Source of the DNA: Fimbriosthenelais zetlandica
Taxonomy: Eukaryota
DNA length: 64,000 nucleotides
Direction: 5' to 3'
NCBI GenBank assembly: GCA_977030845.1
Contig: OZ365113.1
Location: 17,236,001-17,300,000 of the forward strand
Shown: positions 38,394-52,200 of the stretch, piece after piece
How positions within the stretch are numbered: the stretch's first letter is position 1
How the letters are laid out: every line of letters starts with the position of its first letter
Program-made: the position numbers and the translations under genes
The notes under the pieces: model-generated
Seen by the model: only the letters and a program-made list of their open reading frames with translations
Told to the model about the DNA's origin: nothing
Databases searched by the model: none

Positions 38394-40981
38394 CTTTAAG
38401 GTAATTTTTATCACATCAATCCTGTTTTCAATGTGCTGTAATACATACATTTATCGCATTTCATTGTGTACACCTGTGCAATATAGGAGGAGTACTCGAG
38501 AAACCAGGTCAGCACTAATAATAACAGCTCCCACCCTATACTGGAGCCATACTTATTCTTACTGAATGTTTAAAAATAGGCTAATACTTGCTGAAGAGAG
38601 ACTCGGTTTGTTGTTATTTAGGGGGTGTAGTTAAGGTCAAGTCATAACACCTCTCACAACCCTCGGGATTCATTCACTTAAAACAGAGGTCTTTTGACCC
38701 CACGACTTCAAAGGTTATCCTTGAACTTACTAACAAAATGAAATGCTTGAGAATGTACTGATTTCTTTCTTGGGGTCAGGAAGCAGGTGCATGCGCATAA
38801 AACATGCAGTTGAATGCAACTGCTTAGATTTAGTTATTCTTCAAAGGACATATACCCAGTAATAGTATATTAATATGTATTGGGTCTATGATCTGGGACT
38901 GGGTCAGAGTAAATTGCCTTTGTGATGGCAACAATACATGGATGGTGAGAAGCCGTGTGTAGTACACGCTAACCCAGCGAGTTAGTCCAGGTAGAGAAAC
39001 AGCTGCTATTTCCTCTCCATCAGGGTCAACGACACAGAAATAGTAATAACCCCGGTTGTCAATTGCCTGGTGAAGCAGCCAGAACCTTCCTCATTTCCTG
39101 AGCTAAGAAAAGAAACCACAGATCCACAGAGAGACCCCGATGAGCTAAATTTAGCCCTGGGTCAGTTCACTGGGGTCTATATATCTCTATTCTTCTGACC
39201 TCTGTGGGTGAAATTAATACAACTGAAGGTAGTAGACATTGGCAATTTGCTGTACTCACTGTATCTGATGTGAGACATAACCCCGAAAATATATCAGTAT
39301 AAGAAATAACGAATTTTGATGCTTCAAATTCACAGGTCTTTAGAGTACGTCAACATGTAGAAATGTAATGTACAGTCGCCTGTTGTTGTAAGGCTTGATC
39401 AGAGGCTGACTGGTGGACGTGAAGATTACTGTCCTTGAATGGGTCGCCATGGAGGTGAATTTGTTACCAGCATCTCATGCAATCAGGCACTGAACTTTCC
39501 CTATAATTATAGAAGTCTGACCTTAAACATTAGTGTGGATTTGCTGACAGGTCACAATTCAACAAAGTTGACCAGGTCAACAATCTGATGTCAAGTGTAT
39601 ACTCTATCAATTAAAGGTGTTGACATCCTTTGTACTTAATAACATTGGTAAGAATCCGATGTTGGGTTCTGCTTACTATATACTGCCTAGAATCTGAATA
39701 GTTACAGAATTATTACAGAACTACTCTGTAATAATTGCATGTACAGAAGTTATAGAGCTGACATTTATAAGTTATAATATGGAGGTTTTCCGTTGCCAGT
39801 ATGACGGGAAAATATGGCTGAAATTCCAATAATGTATCTGTACTATACATGATTCACATGCGTCTAGCACGGAGGTTCAGCTAAGGATGATGAATTCAGC
39901 AGCAATCCCTTGTTTTTATTAGCCACGTACTCGCGGTAAATTATTTTTTTTCTTATACGGTTACGAGTAAAAACATGGTCTTATTATTAGGAGGGACTAA
40001 AACAATTATCTCCTGGGTTAATGAGTCTTTTAACAGTACAAATGTCATTATGAGGAATGTACTACAGGAGGCTGCACACTCCTCAAGCTCATTGGCTCTC
40101 CTCCAATTGTTGGACATCCTGTCAGTCCAATCTGGGTGTTTCTACACAACCCTCAGAGCCACTCATTCATCCTCAAGGGCTGTTTTAATTAGAGTTAAGA
40201 AAATCCGCCCAGAAGGTGCAGGAACGAGCCGTGAAATGTATGTATGTGGGGAGTATTTCAGTTAAATAAATCTTGCATTACGTCTCCCTGGATCGACTGT
40301 CTCGATACCCCCTTTATTAGCTTACACAGTGAATAATTAACTGCTAATTTGGATGGATGATAGGAAGGGAAACCAATTTAACTGCGGGAATGGATCCATG
40401 CGTTAGGCGCTCATTATAGATGCATAACCATAGATTATGGGTTGGACAAGCGAAGGTGGGGAACAGTTCAACCTTTCTTCATGCCTCTGGTGTGTGTCTG
40501 TGTGAAGTCATAGGCATGAATTCTAATGGCCGTTTAATAATTAATACGACCTCTCAGTTCAACAATCGGGATGTTATCAATGGTCATGCAATTCGATCAA
40601 GGCCTTTCTAAGTTATTAAATGGTCATGTTTTGAATGGCATTACACCAAGCTAACGGCAGAGCAGGGTAGTTTGTTCTGATTGATGGCTAGTACGTTTAG
40701 GTTAGCACGTTAATAGGACTACAAGGACATGCTTTTAATTAGCAATCATGCTGTTACTTCGCACCAATCACATCTGTTGTGAAAAGTCACACCCGTCCAT
40801 CCTGTGCTTAAACCAGCCCCGTATCTGGATGCATGTTGATCAGTTATTGAGTATGAGCAGCATTTCAATGTTTCCAGAGAGACCCAGAAAGTTTTGAACA
40901 CAACCAAACCGTAAAAGTGTGGAAACGTGCATGGAGAGCTGTACATCTCTCTAACCTGAATGGGGGAGAGCCATGTCCGCA

Positions 40982-41000
40982 CCATGACGTCATGGCGTCA
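40982..41000. promoter_or_regulatory. Palindromic CRE (CREB/ATF site) with an adjacent variant site
   Basis: The 14-bp perfect palindrome CCATGACGTCATGG (40982-40995) contains TGACGTCA and overlaps TGGCGTCA (40993-41000). Confidence 0.4.
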
Positions 41001-44000
41001 CTGCATATTTCATGCATCTCTTGAGTAGCTTGCACACACACTTAGTACCAGCCAGAGATGCACGTGCAAAGACTAACAAGTTCCTCTTTATATATGGCTA
41101 TATCTCTGAGAACTTTGCTATTGCAGATGGTTAAGTCAGTATAGACTTGGGTCACTTCCAACTCTGCCCTGTACCTTTGCTGACTGACTTGGCCGAAAAG
41201 ATCTTGAAGGAAAGTAAGACAGATAGTGGCGCAGAGGCATCCCAGAAATGCTAAGGGCTGATTGAACCATTGGGAAACATTAAACTGAAAAATTGATAAA
41301 GGGCTACTCCTTGTGGATCCCCCATTCAAGTTTCATAACGGATTGAATACTTTTGGCAAGAAGCCTATATAGCTTTCCTTTCAGGAGAAAACGCCTTGTG
41401 GTGCAAATAGGCATATTATATACCCTTATCCAAGTTTTATCCCATTTAATATGAATCAGTTGAAATTACCTTCTTGGTATAATGCAAACACTAATTTGAT
41501 GATCTCTTTCTGATGGTCTCAAGGTGAGGAAAGCAATGTTATTTTACAGTATATATCAATCTGTACGGGGACTGGACTGGTATATTAGCTGAAGGCGTAG
41601 GAGGAAGTGACTTGATTGTAGGTGGAGTGGGTGTAGGAGGGTGGGGGGAAGAAGCCGGTGTATTGGATTATGTGTCTAGAAGCATGCATCATCAGGTATC
41701 TCTGGCTTCACCACCACATCCAGCTCACCCAGATTATTGGATCAATCAAGCACTGTATAATTCATGACCAAACCACACAAACATGTGATGTCCATTTAGG
41801 CCTTATGTTCGTGCCTTGTCTATATGATTAATATTGCATCCAGGCCATTGATTTCAGTCTAATTTGACTTCTGGATTGCCTTAGCCCCATAATATTTGAA
41901 CCCAATCATTGACTCCAACCAAAGGTAACGTAACATACTTCTATAGTAGGGTACAGTAGTCTGATATAAGAGGTCAATAAGTCTACTTTTTTATTACTTC
42001 CACATCAGCTACCTCCAATATTATTTGAGCTATTCATAATTTCTTTTCAGTAATCAATGTTTTCAATTGGCATACCAACCAGTTGAATGTAGTATGGCAA
42101 TCCACCAGGCCTAGAATGTTATTTTTGTTTGAGTTATGAGAAGAAAAATATGGTTCAGGCCCAGGAGAGGACTCAAAGGAACCCAAGGTCCATAACTTCA
42201 ATTTAATGTCTGGTCCGGGTTGGTTTAGTACGTTGGACCAAGGTATACATACCAAAGGTGAAATCCCAGACTCGCAGTCCGTGGACTGACTGAACAACTG
42301 TCTGTCTGGATGGTGGCCAATTTGCTTCGGAAATATTATCCAAGCAGTAAGCACTATGTGGTTGTTATACAATCAGGAAACGAGTCAGTATACTTAATTG
42401 GACGTCATGTGCATCAGGTCCTTTTTTCAATGAACATTATGTAGTGACCTGCCTACAAAGACAATAAGAGTAAAATAGTAAGTTCATGTGCCAGGAGGGT
42501 GGATTTATCAGTGGCTCTGGTACTTGATGAGTGGTGGACGCTGTCAGTGAGCCCGGTAAATTCCACACACCACCAGAGTTTACAGACTGGCCCTGGTGAA
42601 GTTTGTAAGCCAGGTTTTAGTCTTGGCCTTTCACCATTAGCACCTGTGATTAGTTCCTTTATACCAGCGAGGCCGGAGCCAGCCTGCCGACCCATCAAGA
42701 CCAGCAGAGATCACAGTCCCCCGAGGTAAACAGACATGGAAGCTGGACCCTGATCAGATCATCTCCTACTTTGACCAGTCCCTCAGTGGCCAGTAGGTTT
42801 TTCTAACCCCACCTCCCTAAACACTCTCTGAGCACACATACACAGGGGGAATTATCCGTTTTACTTCCCGGCTCCCAGTACAAGACCTGAACACAACGTG
42901 CGGTGATAAATGGTATGACTTAAGGCATTAGCAACTGATGTTACCATGAATTACACTGATGGTATGGTGTGTGGCGCCTGTGAATATAGAATTACCAAGA
43001 GCCATTGAAGATGGGAAGAGAAAGGGGGCAGGGGCGCACGGATGGAGCCCGTCGGTACATACTGTGAACCATGTTAAACAAGTTCTAACCCGGGGCTAAT
43101 TTTTCACTTGGGATGCAGTTTTTTCTATGCATATTTCATGATAGCAGCAGGATGGATACGGAGCAACTTTTTGCTGCGGTCTCTCTATGGCGGTGCCAGG
43201 CTATGTAGGCAATGAATATCGATCAACTTAAGTTTTGAGTGTGTTCAGAAACGATGCCATATGTTTGTCACTTTTCTTAATGTGTTATCAATACCAAGCG
43301 TTGGTCTGAGGAGCACTACCTGTTCTCTATAATTGGTCATACACTATAATACCTTTAACAAGGGAAGACATTCCATGAAGCAATAGATAATGTAGCCTAC
43401 AGATTGATATGTAATCAGATGGTTTGTAAATTGACACTCTTCATTCCTCTTGATTCTGCATTGTGCACAGTCCAGGTATTTTAAAACTTCAGCAATGTCG
43501 CTGAGAAGTAAACGAGCAAGAGAAAATGACAGATGCACTCTTACTTTTTTGTTGTAATGTTTACCAAATGCATCCATCCTGCCGGACCATGGCTCAGTTT
43601 GCTGCATTGCAAATGTTGACCTTATGTATCAGTTTATTAACCAGCACATGGCATAAAGCGAGCAGGTGCGAGCGTCTAGATCAGCCCATGGGACGGTACA
43701 TACCACTATGTCCATTAGCTATTGTTTGCTCCCCCTCATATGCTATAATAGACTTGGTAGTCAAACACACAGTGGCTGCAGCTGCCCCGGCCAATATGCA
43801 ATCCACAATAGAGAATTCAGATGCATCGTTGTTGATAAAACCATCATGACTTGGTCATAAAAGAACCCATTGATATCATAGGAGGAATTGGATTAGATAC
43901 AAGTTTCCATCACGGGTGGTCTTTCACCATGTTTGCATTATTATATTGTTGGAACTCTAGAGATCCTTTCCATGGGCCTTAGGTCCATAATGTGGGCCTA

Positions 44001-46037
44001 ATCTGACCTTTATATACTGCATACAGAAGCCAGTCAGTTCCATAAGAAAGTTACACTAGAATAGCCACCTCCGACTGATGCAGCCTTATTATTTTCATTT
44101 CATAAAATAAGACCGACACACTTTCAGTACGCTTCAGTCCGAAAATGGACAAGTCACAAATAATTCAAGTGACAATGGAATTGGCGAAGTTATTTCAGAT
44201 TTAAGATCAAACTTGCGCAGCTATATCCGTATACACGAATCCGTGTTTGAGACAAGATTCGTTTGAAGTCTAAAGTTTAAAGATTTGTGAGGCCAAAAAT
44301 GGCAAGATGTTAGCGAAGCGGAACTCACTCATATTCCGCTGTCCCCTAGCTGATTGATGACTTTTCACTTGTTCTTTTGTCAGTGGGGACACGGGGAGAG
44401 GGAAGCACCTTCAGATCTGCATTTCCCTTGATCGGGAAGGTCAACAACTAGGCGAGAGGTCTCCCTGTGTTTGATCCTCCTCCCGTCTCTCAGATGAACG
44501 CTTTTTGTTAATCAGCCTGGATGGGAAAGGGGACAAAAGAGGAAAGGACTTTTACGGTTACATGGTCAGAGGGTGAGGAATGAGAGGGCCACCAAGCACG
44601 GAGAATGACAGGGGGGAATCAGAACTAGTACTAACACACTTTTGGTTAAAGAGATATAGGTATGGACAAGTATGAGATTTAATTCAATTTACGGTATATT
44701 GTATAATTAATATTACACATTGTCGTTACCGTGCTGACCATTTGGGTCGCTGGTCAACTTTTAGTTCATCCGCGGTCACAAGGCAAATCACGTGGGAGAT
44801 GAGTGTAATCCTGGCGCGATGGTGGGAGAGCGATAGATGCGGGCTGGAAGGGGCTTAGAGAGGGCAAGCAGTTCATCATCTCTTAGAGAAATGGCTTCAA
44901 CTGTTTTGGAGAGCTTTTCAATGTGCTATTTACAAGTAGAGGACCATGCTAGAGACTGGGTTTAGAGACCTGCCTGGTCGTGGAATAATGTCCCAATGAT
45001 CGTGTTTGAACACTTGCAAATATCCCTCACTTGAAAGGCAGCAGAATCCCTTTGATATCAAGATAACATTGTTTTTAAACAATTCTTCCATTGCTATAAT
45101 AAAAGAATAATTTAGACCTTTTTATAAGGTAACGATGGGTAATATATTTTTCTAGTGTTTCAATGAAATTATGTGAGGTGTTGGTAGAAAAAAATGCCAG
45201 ACATTATAAGCACGTTCCTGTACCATGTAAAATAATTCCTCCATCCTACAGTGTGCCAGCATAAAGGTACTTGTCAATGAAAATAGCAGACATGCATGTC
45301 ATGCCCCTATTGGTAGTATGCTACCCATACCTTATCGATCAGTGTACAATGTTGCATACCTAACTGCCTAGTTTTGATTAATTCTTTAATAACCTTGCTA
45401 GTGACAGGCTTTTTAGGTACTGGGTATATGTTGTTTCAAGTTGGCCAAGGCTTTAAGTGAAATGCCTTCAGCGCTACAGCATCTCTTCAATGACATTCCC
45501 TCCATCTCCACCATCCACCAACATCGCCCCTGATTGCCACTAGGAGCTTAAATCTAGGCCTGTAAGTGAAACCTATAGCCTTGCCACAATAGTATTGAAT
45601 ATGTATATCAAGTGAGAGAGCACTCTTCAATACTTGTGTATTGGCTGCCATTCAGGGAATGAAGAATGATGCACTTGTAAGCCTCAAAGAACCTTTGTCA
45701 GAGGTTGTGAGTGACCAACCTCTGTCGGCTATTTATGTGTCTGGTATCTTGTTTCTGCTCAAACCCCTCCGGTCTTTTCTGCTGGTGGGATGTTACAGAG
45801 ATGGATGATAACATAAGAGAGGCAAAAGCTGCTTGCTGTCATTTCGACCACTAGATTGTCTATTTTGTCTGGCTTCTTCAGCATCAGGTACACAACACCA
45901 TTTATAACTGTAAGCGCACAGTCTATTAACACTGGCCCCATAGGATCTGCCTTTGTCTTTCAATGTCATTGAAATGATTTGGAACAATCTGTTGTTTGGG
46001 AAAGAAGGTACAGATTGGAGGCAGTTATGGAATCTAA

Positions 46038-46201
46038 AGCCTGGTCTCCACTGCTGCGATTTTGCTTGCGACTTGTGTTTTCCATTGGAGGACGGCCTTA
46101 AGGCCTTGGACACTTGGACCAAAATTTACAAATTTTACTCGCAAGCATCACATTTGTCGCAGTAGTGTCGCAAGCAAAATCGCAGCAGTGGCGACCAGAC
46201 T
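46038..46201. mobile_element. MITE with long terminal inverted repeats, PIF/Harbinger-like (~164 bp)
   Basis: The inverted arms 46037-46072 and 46167-46202 match at 34 of 36 positions. The flanks are TAA (46035-46037) and TAT (46202-46204), which fits a decayed TWA target duplication. The motif gtcgca is reiterated near the right end. The superfamily assignment is inference. Confidence 0.7.
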
Positions 46202-49200
46202 TATATTAACTATGGAAGTGTATACATGCTCCGGGTTGTAAATATTCACTGTGAAATATTGCTTACCACTCTATTTGGTAGAGTGAACAATACAGATGCA
46301 GCACCAGGCTTGGTTATTACGGCCCTGACGGCCCAGAACCATAAACATGGTGAAAACCCATTCATATGGCTCCTAACACAGAACATCATAGACCCAACGA
46401 GGATAATATTCAATTATTTATTGGCAAAACAAGGATTATGGGTTGGTTGTCCCATTGTCCTCTCCTTATATCATGACGACTCCAAATAATGATACATTTG
46501 TCACGATCAATAATATACTTCTGATAAAAGATATCAGCTTTGACGATTTTCTCCATATATATCTCTGGGATGAAGACTTGAATGAGATTTACTGCTGAAT
46601 GGGGGCTTGACTGGTCAAAAGCTTGTTGACCGGACAATGAGGCTATGGTTGCCCGAAGCCAGTAACCACTCATAAATCCCCTACTTCAAGAGAACCTTCA
46701 CATCTCAACCTATCTTCCAGTCGGAGTGGTCTTCTTTGAAAAAGGGGTCTTACGAGACGTTACATCTAGGGCCACTTATAGAGGGCTATATTTAGCTTCA
46801 GTATATGCTATAGTTACTAGCTTCCACTACTATAGTCAGTGTCGTCGGCAGAAACTCCAGTAGTAAAAGCATGCCTTCAGCTCTCCAGTAATTGGAGTCC
46901 AGGGAATTGCACTTCCGGTTTTGGATCATTGCTTCTTTCTTGAAACGCCAGCACTTGACTTTACGGTATTTGCCTAATTTCTACTAGTCCTTCCCTTTCG
47001 GTCGGTTCATGCATGTTTTATGAAATTCATTTAGGGTGATTAAATCTTTCAACACTTCATACAAATGCAGGATAGGATTCATGCCTTATCTTCCTCCGGG
47101 CTTGCTTTTCGGCAGGCTTATCACGTGTTGTGTTAAAGGTCAAATCCCTTTGGGAAGTGATGAGGAGGTTTAGAGGAGACTGGTGGCTCCGTTTTAAGAG
47201 CTATCCCAATTTAGTACTTCATTATGGGAGGAATCATTAGCACCTGCATTAGGAGGCAGGCAGGGTAAATAAACCTTCAACTCGCATTGGTGGTACCTTA
47301 TCATGACGGCCTCGATTTCTTTTAACTATAAAATCTATCAAGAAATGTTTGGACCACATAACATCATAAACGATGCTTGTCTTCAAATACTTTGGCTCCC
47401 ATCATTCTTGCAGCCTTAGCTACGGATATACAGATTTGTCCTGAGGTGGAAATAATGAGTCGTGGTCCCTTTGGTGATCAGCCCTGTGATACTTGGGGGG
47501 ATCCATAAGGAAGATGGCATTATTCAAGACTTGATGACAATTACTATGTCTTTCTTTGATTCGTCTTTAGATCAGCGGCCCGTTTCAGGTGGAAAATGTG
47601 GTTCATTAACCAAGACTTAACATTGGCTAATATTGCACAACGAGCTTTCATATTAATGAAACCAGGACCTGTTTTGGACTGTTAATTTGTTAAGGTTTTC
47701 CACCAAATAGGCAATAGAAAGTAGTTGGCTATATATGACTAATGTTGCACAACCGTTCAGTACATCGTTTTTGCCGTACTTGCAATTTACCACATAAAAT
47801 GTGGAATAAATCTTTATATTGAAATATCCCATTACATTTGCAAATTAGATGAGGCAATCTATGAATTCTATCATGTTTAATTCATTTCATTTAGTTTGGC
47901 CATACTTCAGTTTTTCGAGCAAGATCAGATATTTCCTCTTTGCGATGCACGGGCACGTACCAATGAAAGTTGAGTTGGTTTGTCAATAAATTTCAGCAGG
48001 TGTGTGCAAGGGGCGTTTTTTATCTGCCTGCTTCTGTACACTGCTTGCATAGCACCACTCTCATCCATCGTTTCATCCTACTCCGTCCCCTCTAATTTTC
48101 CAGCTTCTATACCTACTAGTCGAACTCCTTACCTCACAATGGATCGTGAGGTATCGATCTTAAACGCAATGCTTGCATGAATAAACCAGGGTGAAGTGAT
48201 AGGCTAGCGTGCATATATATAAGAGCAGGTGAGGCATCGCGTCTAGCCAAAGTTTACTTTTCCATTTCCCTCCTTCAAACTCCTTATCTCTTAGTCCATC
48301 CCATAGCCGCTATCACATGTTCACCTGTCCCCCTTGTCTTGCTTCCTTGTTCACATCCATCTACTTCTTTTCGATTACATCTCTTGTTTTTCTTTCCTGC
48401 TGAAAATTTCACCCATGACTCCTCTTCATCTGCTTTCCCTCTGCCCTCACAGCTGCCTTATGTCGTTCCTACTCCACCCACACAATTGCAGGCAATGCTT
48501 GTGCTTTCCATCGTTCCAGCACACAGTCTAGACTACAGTCTTCCAAATAGTTCTGTCGCATAGATTGACCGAAATAGATTATGCTTAATACTGAGCCTTC
48601 GTGTCTGCATCCCATATGTAAAACGTGTATATATGGTCTCTGCTATATATCTTTTATGCCTTCAGCAGTAGAGCTCACCCTTCAATCTATAATCACTAAA
48701 CTTCATGTCATGGTCGGGGACTTGGGGGCACGTTTAGAAGTGCTCAGGTAGACATGCAGACCAGTAGTTGTTATAGGTAGATCTATACTTGTACCTTGTC
48801 ATTCTCACATGATATCTGACCCCACCTGGGCGATGAACTTTTTACACTTGGCAGGTTACTTGGTGCTGTTTGTCCTCTCCAAATGCATTTGACATTAATA
48901 AGCATGTCCAGTCCATGAGTGTCCCTGCTGGGGCATGGGCACCTATTGGTGGATTTATTCCATTTATGTGAATCATTTTGGTTCATGGATTTTGATACCA
49001 GTCTATATATTGGGAGAATAATAATGGAAACATTGATACACGGCCTCTATATGTGAGGCAATGAAAAATATCGAAGATGTATAATTATATACACTTCAAC
49101 TACTCCATATGGTAGGCCGACATGAGAAGTCAGTTGGTCAGTTTTTGTATTTAGCTTTCTGGTCATTTAGGCTCATATATCGAGTGAATTAGTCTCTAGG

Positions 49201-52200
49201 TGGCTAAATAAGTTTGCTGACAGAAGCGTGGGTGGCGGTGTGACAAGGATGGCAGAAGTAATAGAGTCACGAGCTGAGATCGAGTCTAAAAGACTAAGTG
49301 AGTATCTATGCTTTCAACAATCGCCTTTGCAGAAAATGATGATGTAATGAAAGATGTAATGAAATCTTAAGCCGAAAAGTAGAAGATAATCAGCTATGAA
49401 ACTGCAACATTATGTCCGCCGCTTTGCTACTTGGTCACGTTCATGGCCTAAATTCAACGGTTTTCCATCGATGGCATGTATAAAAACCCATCCTTCTGAT
49501 GTGGTATTATCTGGAATTTTAGGGGGCTAACTACCACCCAAAATGAAGAGATTCTGTTCAATACAGTTTGCCTTTAAAACAGGCCGAGCTGAGCTGCTCA
49601 ACAAGTTGAGGCTGAGCATGAGTGGCTCATCGCCCTAATTACGGATCTTTGTGTGTCCTTTTTTGAATTGCAGAGCTCGCTGCATTGCTGGAAAGGGCAG
49701 GGGCACATGGTGGCCGCTAGGCTAGATTTAGAACGTCAATCTGACCTTTGCCTTAGACTAGCCACTATTTCAGATTAACGGTGAAGTTGGATATCCACTT
49801 AGCGGTCACTTGTGACTAGCCATAACCGCACGTATCCAAGACAACACCTCCATGTTCCAGGTGCTTATTCTATATTGGGATTAATGGCTACTTCACTCAG
49901 ATGCTATAGTTGGATTGAACCAAGTCAGCACTTTTTAGACCTTTAAAATTATGTCTGATAGTGTATCCTATCATTTTTTTTTCCTATTTTCTTCAGGGGT
50001 TACATATATATTTAAATCATCCCTTTACCTTGACTCAGAGCCTGCAGTGAGCGTCAACCCATTTTTGTTCAGAAGGCATTGATGTTATTCAGGCAGAGAT
50101 CTACCCGACGATGAATCTGATATTAGTAAGTGGATCAATATTTTTGATCAACTTACCAGTTTTCAGGAGAGATAAAAAAAGGCCATATCAATTCATTCTA
50201 GGCGAGCTCTCCCTCTCTCGACAAATACAAGTTCAAAAAATGTGATGGAGTTTTAGTCCTCGATGAGCTTGCCACGGTAACACCCTTAAGCTGATCTACC
50301 TCGGGATTATGCACTTATTATCACTCGAACCTCGTTAGCGTTCCAGATTAAGCAGGGCCATGCATGGATATTGGCCGACGTCTAACGATGATTTGTTCGT
50401 GGATAAACAAGGGCTAAAATACAAGAATTTGGTCCCCAGCCCCTACCTGAATAGATGCCATTTAGAGGATGCCCCGGACGGCCCTTTTTCAGATTGGTTT
50501 TTCAAATGGATTTCATAAAGATAAGTCCAGCGAACAGATGACAACTATCAGAAAGACAGGGAGTAGAATTCCCTGCCCGAGCCAATGCTTCGAGCCAAAG
50601 GAATGAAACAAAACATATAGATAAATCACTATGCTTTGATACGATCATGCGACAATAAAGTAAAAGTTCTGCTGATCAATATTTTAAAGCAATTGTCTTT
50701 TTCCAACAACTTCATTAAACATCAATAATTATTACCATGAAGGGCAATAACCTGGGAGTTGTCTTTTGAGAAATATGTGCATAGTATAATGATTACTTGC
50801 TTTCTCCTATTTATAGAAAATCGAAGAATAATAGGTACTTGATCCCTCTCAATCGACAAATATATTACTTGCCGGTCCATTGTAGCTATGATGAATACCT
50901 TTATATTTCCAGAGGAATTGATGATATATTTAGTTAGAACGCTGCAGTTGCAAGCCTGTTACAGCTCCAAAAAACGTCATTTCCAATGACTGAACCGGCA
51001 CAATAGATTTAATTTTATGTATAATTTCTGATAATGAATGGAGGGAAACCACGGACAGACTATTAGTGCAGTGCTGTTTTGGGCTTTTAACACAATATTA
51101 TAAATTGCCTTGATTGATGTCTGGAACAGGAGGTTTTGTGCTGTGCACCTCTAAGGTCCATTGTTAAATTCACTCAATGGTGGGAACATCAATTTTAATG
51201 TGCTTTGCACTTCATAATAAGGGGATTTTATGGAGGATGAAAGAAGTACTACATTCTCTTTCATGCAATACCTCCAGATCAACGCTAGAAATCCTATGAA
51301 TTCCATGTCCAAAAGTGACATCTAAAATCTAGACAATCATTGGATGATTGCCTAGTTGATATGTTCCCTTTGCTTGTTTTCTGGGGGCCATGTTTTGAGG
51401 AAAAGCTAGGGATGTGTCAAGAACATCAAACGACAATGTGTACTATTTTGCGAGTCTGGGGTACCTGGGAAACACCGTGAGTAACTCACAGAATGTCTCA
51501 GTTTGCTGGGCATACATCACTTGATATGTAGCCCTTCTATCGAAAACAAATAGAAAAAGGATGAGTAATGATAAAAACGAAATCTCTTCTCTAGCAAGGA
51601 AAACAATGTGTGTGTACTCACTATTGGATTGTACACACTAACATATGCCACCTGCTTGTCTATTTCTTTCTTGTTGCTGTTATCCCTTTTTACAAATACA
51701 TTCATTCCACGGGAATATTATCGCAAGTGGAATGTTTCTCCTGGAGGTATATATCTAAGGTAAAATATATAGCTTGGTTTGATATAGTAGTTTGATCCAG
51801 TAATTCGGAGACAATCAAATCTTAAATCAAATCTCCGAAAATCAATTCTTCAATTAAATCTCTTGGAATGAATGTTTTCTGCCTGTCCTTCTAGACCTTA
51901 CTTTTCTGGCCTTTCTGGTAAATCTCTAAAAGTGGCTATTTTTAGTAAAGTAGTGATTACTTTCAAGGGACGATGTAATGGCCTTCTCTCACACCAACTT
52001 TACTTCAGAACTGTGCATGTCCCTATAGTGTTTAAGAACACTAAGGTACCTGACTCAATGTACATTAAACTTGGTTCAGTTCGTTTTCTTTCCATGCAGT
52101 CCATATCCATCCAGTTCTATCCAAATCCTCAAAATGGAAAGACAGGCAGGTATTTTAGACATAGGCCTACCTAATCAGCAGAAGCCTTGTCATGAAACAT

